Shown here one piece after another: positions 25,011 to 34,931 of a stretch of DNA of 34,931 nucleotides. Source of the DNA: Octopus bimaculoides (lineage: Eukaryota); the NCBI RefSeq assembly GCF_001194135.2, contig NC_068987.1, positions 1,296,774 to 1,331,704 on the forward strand, given 5' to 3'. Both the position numbers and the translations under genes were made by a program. Within the stretch, counting starts at the first letter, position 1. Every line of letters starts with the position of its first letter. The notes beneath the pieces were generated by a model, which was not told the origin of the DNA, made no database searches, and saw only the letters and a list, made by a program, of their open reading frames with translations.

Positions 25011-25473
25011 TGTGACACCCTTCGGTCATGAATGGCCATGGGATTGCACCTAGAGAGTTACCCTCCCGGGCACAAGTCCGGGGAGGGTTGTTTATGGAAG
25101 ACCAGCAGTTGCCCATGCATACCAGCCTCCCCTCTCTACGACACTGATGTTATCTAAGGGAAAGGCAAAGGCGGATACAGCTTGGCACCAGTGACGTCGC
25201 AGCTCATTTATTAACAGGCAAGTGGCTGAGCACTCCACAGACACGTGTACACTTAACGTAGTTCTCAGAAAGATTCAGCGTGACACAGAGTGTGACAAGG
25301 CTGGCCCTTTGAAATACAGGCACAACAGAAACGGGAAGAAAGAGCGAGAGAAGGGTGTGGTGGAAGAGTACGACAGGGTGCCACCACCCACTGCCTGAGC
25401 CTCGTGGGGCTTTAAGCGTTTTCGCTCAATAAACACTCACAATGCAAACGACTGGGCCATTGCGCCTCCACAA
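25011..25473 (-). mobile_element. Chimeric SINE: tRNA-type head/body (25210-25473) fused to a second retroposon segment (25011-25209), flanked by a 10-bp TSD
   Basis: Direct repeat CATCAGACGT at 25001-25010 and 25474-25483. The minus strand begins GGAGGCGCAATGGCCCAGTCG (A-box-like, no B-box follows). The two halves are recalled as separate Octopus repeat families. Confidence 0.7.
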
Positions 25474-25496
25474 CATCAGACGTAATATTACATAAT

Positions 25497-25569
<73 letters not shown>

Positions 25570-26813
25570 CATACATGCATACACACTTACATACATATGT
25601 AGATGCATGCATAATATTGTGTATGTATGTATGTACACTTGCGTGCATAATTAATAAAGTACCCAAACCATTTATGATATTCGATATATTCACACATACG
25701 CGCGCGCAAGTACATACACACAGACAAAATATGAACAAATATTACATCTAACCCCATAACTAACTCCAACTTGAAAAAGAAAAGACCTTTGGAACTTGCT
25801 TTGTCCCATTGAACAGCACAAATACAAATTTTGTAAAGTAGGATCGACAAACGAGCACTAAATTTCATTGACTGGACAGAAGTGTCTTCATTTCTTTTCC
25901 ATTGAATCCAAAGTATTAGAGCCTATTTCGCTAGTTTTGTTTGGATTATGAGTTCAAGCCCACTGGCTATGACCATAGTTTAGAGGGGTCATTATCGCGA
26001 CGGAGTCGGTCGTGAACATAGCATAACAAGCGATAAATTGCCATGCTATGTGTATATATATATATTTGTGTCCCTGTGTGGCTATGTTGGTGTATATCTC
26101 ATCCTATGAGAAAACTGGAAAAATCACATTACAATCAATTGCCTTAAGGCGTTTGTTTTGTATCGTGTTTGAGACACTCCCTTATCTATGTCGCCACCAC
26201 AAGTCCTATGAGCCAGCGATTGGCTGCTTTCAAACCTGTAAACAACAGCGCTAATTACGATAAATTTACTAATTACGATTATATACATAATAAATGTAGT
26301 AAAACATATTAGAAAGATATTGAAACATCCTATTTTTGTCCCGGTTCTGAATCTACATCTGATTCTTATTTCTTATAATGTATCGACCTGCATTTCAGAT
26401 TTGGCAGGTACGTAATTTAGTAGGTCATGTGACATGTACTTCCAAGAAATTGATTCTTAGAAGCTACTGTTTGCGTTTGCGTCATACTAATTTTGTCCAC
26501 ATAAAATTTTCATATTAAGATAGAATGTTGCAGAGACATAATTTCTAGAGAAGACCATCGAATGATTTATGTCCACAAATCAACATGGAAACCATTTTTA
26601 CTTTTTTTACAAAACGAAGAACGAACGACCAAATGTTGCCTTAACGCACCATAAAGCAGGAAAACGATTTAAATAGTCGTTAATTATCCCAGAGTGAGTT
26701 GGACATTTCTATTCCTTAAGAAATGATTGATAAGGTTCAGCTGAATACGGGAACTGGACCGAAGAGGGTGAACATGTGACTTTTGAATTAGGGAAATTTT
26801 ATTTCCAGCTATT

Positions 26814-27233
26814 GGCGCAAGCGTATCTGTGTGGTAAGAAGTTTGCTTTCCATTCACATTGTTCCAGGTTCAGTCACAAAGCGAGTGTCTTCTGCTATAG
26901 TTTCGGTCCGGTCAAAACCTTGTGAGTGGATTTGGTAGATTGAAACTGAAAGAAGCCCGTCGTATATATACATGCATATTTATGTGTATGAGTGTGCGCG
27001 CGCCCGAGTGCGTGCGTGTGTGTGTACTTGTCTGCCACTACAGCTTGTCAATCAGTGTTGGTCTGTTTATGTCCCTGTACGTTATCAGTTCAGCAAAAGA
27101 ACCGATATAATAGATACCAAACTTTAGAATCAAAACATAAGAACTTGGTCTGATCTGTTCGACTAAAATTCTTCATGGCGGTGCCCCAGCATGACCGCAG
27201 TCTAATGACTGAAACAAGTAAATGATAAAAGAG
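26814..27233 (+). mobile_element. tRNA-type SINE (family A), diverged near-full-length copy
   Basis: GTGTGGTAAGAAG...CAGGTTCAGTC...TTGTGAGTGGATTTGGTAGATTGAAACTGAAAGAAGCCCGTCG...GACCGCAGTCTAATGACTGAAACAAG aligns to 10368-10745. Confidence 0.85.
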
Positions 27234-27961
27234 AAAACTTTTGCTAGATTAGACGTTCGTTCTCAGATCTTTGAAGTAACATGCCTCGAGAAGCTGTTTG
27301 TTGTCTAAGCATTTCCTGGACTCCAACATGGGTATGTCTCCCCTTTAGCGTCAGTGATAGTAGTTCAGGTTGTGCACCCGTTGCTTTTGCATTAGCTAAA
27401 GATGACATCTACCCCGTTCTTCAAAACAACATTTCACTATATTAATAAAGGTCATAAGATATATGCGAAACTATACAAGTTTTTCTTCTTTAGACACACA
27501 TCAGCCATAAGAGAGAATAATTATAGCCAGAAGTAAACCATTTTGCTTGTGTAGATAGAGTTTCACAAGGAGTGTATTAGCAATTAAGCGGGGTATATTT
27601 TTCTTCTTTTATGAAGTCATACAGAGATTTCAGGCAGACCTCGTTGCACCTATAGCAGAAAAGGTGATCGGGCAATAGGTGAACCATTGGCTAAAGAATG
27701 TTCCTTAATAATTACTGGTATTTAAGATCACCAGAGATCTTTATCACTAAGTTGTTAAACGGAAATATTTCAAATTCTATCCTGCTTCCGGCAAGGTATA
27801 TCTTTAGTTTAGAATATATATTTTGATTTTTGACGAATTATTTCTTAAGATTTATTTTCTACATACAGTTACTTATACACGCTCATATATGCATACACAG
27901 ATACGCATACATACACTCATATATGCATACACATGTAGTGTATGTACGATGCATTTATGTA

Positions 27962-28001
<40 letters not shown>

Positions 28002-28017
28002 CCAGTTTGATTTGACG

Positions 28018-28051
<34 letters not shown>

Positions 28052-28476
28052 ATACATAGATATATGTGCGTTTGTGAGCGTGTGTGCATTATGATTGTAT
28101 ATACACGTAAGTATGTGTGTGTGTACGTGGCCGCATGCGCATACAGAATATTACAATAACCATATTAGAAATGACATCGTAAAAATGTATATTCGATGAA
28201 AGCTTTTAAAAAGTGAAAATGTTCTTGTCACAGAAAAGTGAGGAACAAAAAAATATATATATATATATAGTTTTGTATAAGAGTTTATACGAGTCTAGGA
28301 CTATATATGGGTGTATATAACTTGAGGCAAATATATATTTATGAAGAAAACGTAATAGCATTTGACTTTTCAATTTAAAATAAAGAGCTAATAAAACGTG
28401 ATATATTGCGCAGTATATATATGCAGACATATACGCATTTATGCACACATAGATATGTATATATTCACATAGAGAA

Positions 28477-28511
<35 letters not shown>

Positions 28512-29340
28512 CACGTGTATATGTATGTCTATATACATGTATATATGTATGTATACATATGTTTATATACATGCATATATATGTATATATATGTGTGTGT
28601 GTATATATATATATATATACATCTATATATATATATATATGTATGTATGTATGCATGCATATATACATATATGCATTATTTGAGAGATACATGATAGAGA
28701 GATACACGTACAGATACACAAGTAGAGAGATCGATAGATTGATAGGTAGATAGATAACTTCATATTTTGGTGTTGAGGCTAGTAAATTTAAATTATAATA
28801 TACAAAACAAAAACGAAAAAACGCTGTTTCTACTTTGTAACCCTAAGTTCAGTCAATCAATCTTCTTCGGTCCGTCTGTGGGGTGTCCGTCTGTCTGTCT
28901 GTCTATCCCTTTACGTATGTATACACACATACGTACATACATACACACACATACATACGAATAAGTATATATCCATATAAGCGAATGTTTCATTGTGTGT
29001 GTGTGTGTGTGTTGTCATATATGCATAGATAAAGAGAGAGAAATACAGCAACGGCAGTGTTTGTGTTTACATGTTTGATCAAGATTTTGTGATCATAGAT
29101 ATGATGAATAAAATTTTGCTCGTGTCATGAAAAAACATAGCACCGTGTTACTTCCAGGGTTTTAGCGACCAGAGAGAAAGAGCGAAGTTGATGCGTGAGA
29201 ATGTGAAATAAGGCATAAGAGAGAGAGAAAAAGGAAGGAGGGAAGGAAGTTACTTCTGAACTAGTTTTGACTTTCGTCCCCGTCAACACCAGCATCCGAT
29301 TCTTAATCCCTGGATGCTGATAGACAGGTACTATATATAA

Positions 29341-29720
29341 GGAACGTCCACGTTATGAAGAGAGGTACTGGTGCAAAGTGGATTTCTTGTATTCATATGA
29401 TGGATCTAGAGGAAGATCAAATGCCTATCGTCCCCTCGGTGCCACCACGACTGACCGGTGACGTCTTTTAATCAGCACCAACCGTAAAATCATTCACAGG
29501 AAGAATATTCCAGAAGGAAGATCTTATGAGAAGAAAAAAACTGGATCCTGGGGAGATGGCTACAATATGGCCTCTGAATGCAGTTGAGGATGTCTCTGTA
29601 TTCCGGGACCGCAATGTCCCAATTGTGGGAACACTACTCGATTTTGCTTCTCAATTGACCTTTGTAGTATATAAAGAGGAGTTCTATATATTTTCCGGCC
29701 CGGCAGAGGGCCAGTCTTTA
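29341..29720 (-). pseudogene. Decayed C-terminal RT region of a CR1-group (L2/Crack/Daphne-like) LINE
   Basis: Minus frame reads LLFIYYKGQLRSKIE*CSHNWDIAVPEYRDILNCIQR, matching the typical LL.LYK..IRP.LEYCSH.W......L..L..IQRR motif. It ends ..TRNPLCTSTSLHNVDVP and has several stops. Confidence 0.6.
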
Positions 29721-30285
29721 GGATATAGCCCTAACTTAGTTAATGGTGTGAATTAACCAGAAGTTATCTTCGGTGACAGTCGTGCCCAATTTATAGAAAA
29801 ATCGTGAGAGCTCAAGAAATTTTCTGCAACTCTTTAAGTAAACGAAATGATGCTTTTTTGAAGTATTGCTTACAAAAACATCGTTGATGAAAGGCACGTA
29901 TTAATTAAGTGGATTAGTGACACAGCGTTTATGAGAGTAAATACTTATCTTAGCCATCAGTCGCCAGGAAAATGATCTGATAAATTGTCACCTGTTATTG
30001 CAAACTGTTTTAGCTGACTCTGCAATCGCAAACAGACAGAGACTACCTTTTCAAACCTCCCGCTTTTGATCCTGTGGAACACCAAATATATGACAGCTAG
30101 ATGGAGAGAGACCTGCACCAAAAATCGACTGATACTCATTTCTAGTTAAGAAAAGTAGAGCAACAAGGAAGGATGAGCTTTGTTTAAGGGCAAAATGCAA
30201 CATGTGGTGCGGGGTTTGATCTCACGAATTTAAGATCATATTCCTAAAACCCTAAGAACTTCATTCTGCACTTTCACAAAATATG

Positions 30286-30318
<33 letters not shown>

Positions 30319-32855
30319 CATCTTTTTCACTATTCTCTTTTTGTACACTTTTGTTTTGTAAATCTCAATGAAAATCGTTTCCCGAACTTTCACATCAAAT
30401 GAAAGTGTTGTACCAAAGGACTAAATATACAAGAGGGATTTAACTTATGTTTGACAACTATAGGTTTAACGTATTAACTTGAAAGGGCCCACAAATATCA
30501 CACATCATTCTAAGTGATACAGGCTAGAGAAAAAAATATTTCATGGACGATAAATTGCTGTTCATTTTGATATTGATAAATTAATCACATGAAAGTTGTG
30601 ATACTTAAACGTATGGAGACTTCCGTGCCTCATGTCAAACTTTTCTACAAGTTATGCAGAAGTTTTAAAGAGATAAATTTACTTCAAAAGCATAAAATGA
30701 ATTTGGAAATCAAAGTAGCTTTCAAAACGATTTACGAAATGTGACAAATTGAGAATTTTAATTTAATCAGATTGAAATATAAAAATAAGCAAATAAAAAT
30801 TAAACAAAAATTCTGTAAATGCATTTCATAGATCAAATATTTCAATATTGTTCTATAGATATAATTCACTGGTTTAATCGATGTCAATATTCAGGTTTCT
30901 AATCAATGGATGCATTTGTTTCAGTATTCCGCCATTTGTCAGACATTTGATGCCTATTTCGAAATATTTTCACTATTAATTAAACAGTGTTTATGATTCT
31001 AGTGACAAGGTGGTTTAGAAAGAGAAAAAAAAAAATCCATAATATTGTAGTAGTGTTATTACTTGTTAAACTATATTCAGCATGAAGGCACGTATTTCTA
31101 GCATTATTCCCAAAGACATTAGATGTGGTCGAGAACCTATTTCTGAATCTCATGCTACTTTCAACATCATTAAGATAAGAAAATCGTGTTTAGTATATTT
31201 TTCAAACCAGATTTGTTCGTTTCAGATTATTTATTTTTTATTACGAGAATCAGACTATAGTGAATTTTTTTCTATGGAAGCATTTAGTTTCTTTCATTTA
31301 CCAAACAATAGATCGTTGTTATTTTCTTAAGGAATATGTGAGTGGAATATTCGGAAATGTCAGGGGGAAATATTTTTTTTAAAGCTTTGTGCTATGTCAT
31401 TTCTACAAAAGAATACATTAATTTAGCTCTTCAAAATGTTTTCTTTAAAGTTTCCGCTTTTGTACGTTGTTTTCGATATGAATCTATTTGAAACGCTTCC
31501 GTTTTCCAAACGCAGCACGCCAATGCTGTCCATTCTTTACTCCAAGACTAAAGTACAAAATAAAAAAAAGAGATTTTTCCATTCTCTAAGTGGCAGTTTC
31601 ATGGCTGAAATATTCCAAAGTGGTACAGTAGTATAATGGTGTAACATATCACTTAAGAGAAACAAAATTGATGATGGCTATCACTGTTTTAGTTACTATT
31701 GTTGTAAAGGTTGAGGCTTCTATGAAACCTGTAAAATGCAACTGAAGAAATATAGAGATCGAATTCCACTCCATTCTAAACACCATAAAATAAATAAACA
31801 CATTATTTGCTATAGTTGTTGCTCGCATTTAAACTCGGGTTTAATTGGATCGAATAGATCTCTGATCAAACCTTATCAGTTGTAACCATTTTATGTTTAG
31901 TGATAGCTAACAACACAATTTAATCTCTTCATTATTCGAAAAACTGGGTGTGTGACGTAGGGATTATATGGTTTCTTGCTGTTTCTAGCAGTATAGGGGT
32001 TTTCTCATTGGCTTCTAAGTTGTTCAGATATATCAGTTGTGGATTATTCCATTGTTAATATTTAGGGTCCATATCAAACAGGAGCCTAACGCTATCTGAT
32101 ATATTCTGTCAGTTATTTCTCATATTATCCAAACAACCGCTAAATATTTTTCGTAAAACACCTTGCCATCTTAAAAATTGACATACTCGTCAGTAGAGTC
32201 CTAGATTCTCAATCTTCAGGATAAAGATGGAACTTACTAGAGGGGTCCTTCCCATTGCAAACACTCGTACATATATATATATATATATATCGGCATTTTT
32301 ATTGCGTGAATGAAAGTGTTGTTTGCTCCAAGTAACCCCTCGGTAATCTCCTGGTTCAATGACCCGGTGATGGTGAGGTTCAATGAGGAGTGTTTGTCTC
32401 TCAGTTGAAAACAAATAAAATATTTAAACGGAATCCGTCCATAAAGGATACAAGGACGAGACGTGTCTTCGGTCTACTATCTGCTTGTCCATAATATAAT
32501 TAAAGACGTTTATATGTGTATTCACTTCTTACGTAGGCGTATGTGGGCGTGTTACATGTATATGCATACATGTATGTATACGCATATGTGTGTATATGTA
32601 TATGTGTATAGGTGTACGTGTATATAAGTGTGTATGCATAGGTGTATATATGTGCATGCATAACTTCAACTGTAATACGTCTTTGATTTATGTGATTATA
32701 CTTGTGTGATCTACACAAAATATCGCATGGAACTTTGACAGACGTACTTAACAATCTACGGTCCCCTCTGCATTTTGTCTGAGACTCAATCGAATGCGCT
32801 AAATCATTGTGTGAAGGAGACATCATTGTTTACTACTGCCATTGATCTACCCAAA

Positions 32856-33066
32856 GCGGCGAGCTGGCAGAATCGTTAACATGCCCGAAAAAGTGCTCAG
32901 TGTCATATCGTCCACCGTTATGTTCTGAGTTCAATTTCCACCGAAGTCGTCTTTACCTTTCATCCTTTCATTTTCGATAAAATAAGTACTAGCTAATCCC
33001 TAGCATCGACATAATCGACTTACAGCCGCCCCCGAAATTGCTGGCTTTGTGCCACAATTTGAAACC
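32856..33066 (+). mobile_element. tRNA-type SINE (family B), diverged copy
   Basis: GCGGCGAGCTGGCAGAATCGTTA...TGAGTTCAATTTCC...CCTTTCATCCTTTC...GATAAAATAAGTAC aligns to 34602-34770. Confidence 0.85.
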
Positions 33067-33919
33067 CGTATTTATCTACCCACTGACACACACATACACC
33101 TTTCTGCAGCTGCTAAAAATAAGATCTTCCAACTTTAAATTCACGGTTAAAATATCGGTTTTTCCAATAGTTAATAATGTCGCCAAGTCAAAGATGTTAC
33201 TTGCATTTAATAATTCAGCTTGGGATTTAAGAGAAAACAGAGATGAAAGTTTTGTATTTTAATCTACATTTTCGCAAATATAATCATTCATTTTACATGA
33301 ACGAAAACATTAAGCATTCACAAATATACTTGCATTAGGCACACTTAAAAAAATATATGGGACATTTTATCAAAGGGAAAGTAGTAACACACACACCAAG
33401 CTCTGTGCGTGTGTGTGTGTGTATATATATATATAGGCTAATTATATCCCGAAGACAATTACAGTGTGAGGAAAGCAGCAGGTGCAATGTGCTGCAACTA
33501 AATGAGAATTTTATCATTGATTAATGAACTGAAATATGGGTTACAAGCCATATACTGTTCAGAAGTACACAAAACATTACGGTGTACTGAGGTTTCATTT
33601 TTTTATGCATGTCAGCAATATTAAGCGTAGAAAGATGTAAATGTTTAAATTTCTTTTTAGTCTACTTTATTTCTATACTCAGGGTTCAACAATACTGTAT
33701 AATGAGGAGTTAGCAATAACAAAAAATAAAATAAAAACCGATATATTTTGAGACTTGTATGGCGGAACTTTGACTGAAAACATAAATCGATGGATAAGAT
33801 GTTTTGCGAGATGAGTTTCTTGAATTCGAATCCCAATATGATCAATCTAAACCTTTCGGTATCGATAAGTAAAGAGTTAGTCCAGTATCATGTTCGATTT
33901 TTCTGTCTCTCGGTCATTC

Positions 33920-34035
33920 CCTCTGTCTGTTTGTCTATCTCGGTCTGTCTGTATATCTGTCTCTGTCTGTCTGTCTGTCTGTCTGTCTCTATCTCTGTCT
34001 GTCTCTACCTCTGTCTGTCTGTCTCACTCTTTCTG

Positions 34036-34070
<35 letters not shown>

Positions 34071-34075
34071 GTTTG
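33920..34075. repeat. (CTGT)n/(CT)n compound microsatellite
   Basis: Directly visible. Confidence 0.9.
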
Positions 34076-34255
34076 ACTGTGATTTAGAAGTTCGATTTGC
34101 AACCATATGCTTTCAAGTTCTGTTCCAATTCACCGCAACCTGGTCAAGCGCTTGTCTTTTATTACATCTCCGAAGCAACCAACGCATTCTGTTTTCCTGG
34201 CTGTAATTGACTCACTTCCGCCGCGTTATCAACGAAAATAAAATACAAATGAATG

Positions 34256-34308
<53 letters not shown>

Positions 34309-34601
34309 TATAAATGCTCATATTTAAAGATATTACACAAAAGACATTGCACTTACATATAGTACTCTCAGGTTCCTGGCAAGCCTGGGATATGAAATTA
34401 TCCAATTACTGATTAGCAATGAATGTCCGGTTCCATTATTCATGATCTGATTGCGCGAAGTCACTAATTGTTGAATGGTGGTACGAACAATGATTACTGA
34501 TTGGTTATTGAATAACTGTATATCCGTTGATCGCAGGGATACCCGCATTATTGTCTATCGTTCTTCCATAATGTTATAAATATAATATTTAAAATATATA
34601 A

Positions 34602-34931
34602 GGCGGCGAGCTGGCAGAAACGTTAGCACACCGGGCGAACTGCTTAGCGGTATTTCGTCTGCCACTGCGTTCTGAGTTCAAATTCCGCCGAGGTCGACTG
34701 TGCCTTTCATCCTTTCGGGGTCGATAAATTAAGTACCAGTTACGCACTGGGGTCGATATAATCGACTTAATCCGTTGGTCTGTTCTTGTTTGTCCCCTCT
34801 GTGTGTAGCCCCTTGTGGGCAGTAAAGAAATAGGTATTTCGTCCGTCTTTGTGTTCGGAGCACAAATTCCGCCCAGGTCGAATTTGCCTTTCATAATTTC
34901 CTTTCGGAGTCGATAAATTAAGTGCCAGTTG
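34602..34931 (+). mobile_element. tRNA-type SINE (family B) followed by a headless second monomer running off the window
   Basis: A-box-like TGGCAGAAACG and B-box-like GAGTTCAAATTCC (34674-34686). Segment 34833-34931 repeats 34649-34741. Confidence 0.88.

Noticed and set aside
27615-27700. SGRPR motif suggesting a Tc1/mariner transposase remnant
   Set aside because: Only five residues match; no TIRs or DDE-domain sequence are nearby.

Overview
AT-rich, microsatellite-dense metazoan non-coding DNA from a scaffolded draft assembly with 11 N-gaps, most abutting simple repeats. The SINE families match repeats I recall from Octopus (coleoid cephalopod) genomes; that assignment is an inference from memory, not a database result. 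No host protein-coding gene can be called, and most listed ORFs are microsatellite or N artefacts. Real coding remnants are all retroelement-derived: a CR1-type RT fragment (11210-12300, +), an internally deleted R4/Dong-type fragment with an (AAT)n tail (15361-15908, +), and decayed CR1-group RT fragments on the minus strand (29341-29720; weaker 17900-18250). At least four tRNA-type SINE families occur in several copies. The most notable locus is 8472-8881: a tRNA-like Pol III head followed by an intact minimal type-I hammerhead ribozyme (8787-8832), mirrored by a 103-nt inverted copy whose ribozyme core is mutated. This resembles a Penelope-dependent SINE or retrozyme. Also notable are a fold-back element (2581-2772) and a chimeric two-family SINE enclosed by one 10-bp target-site duplication (25001-25483).
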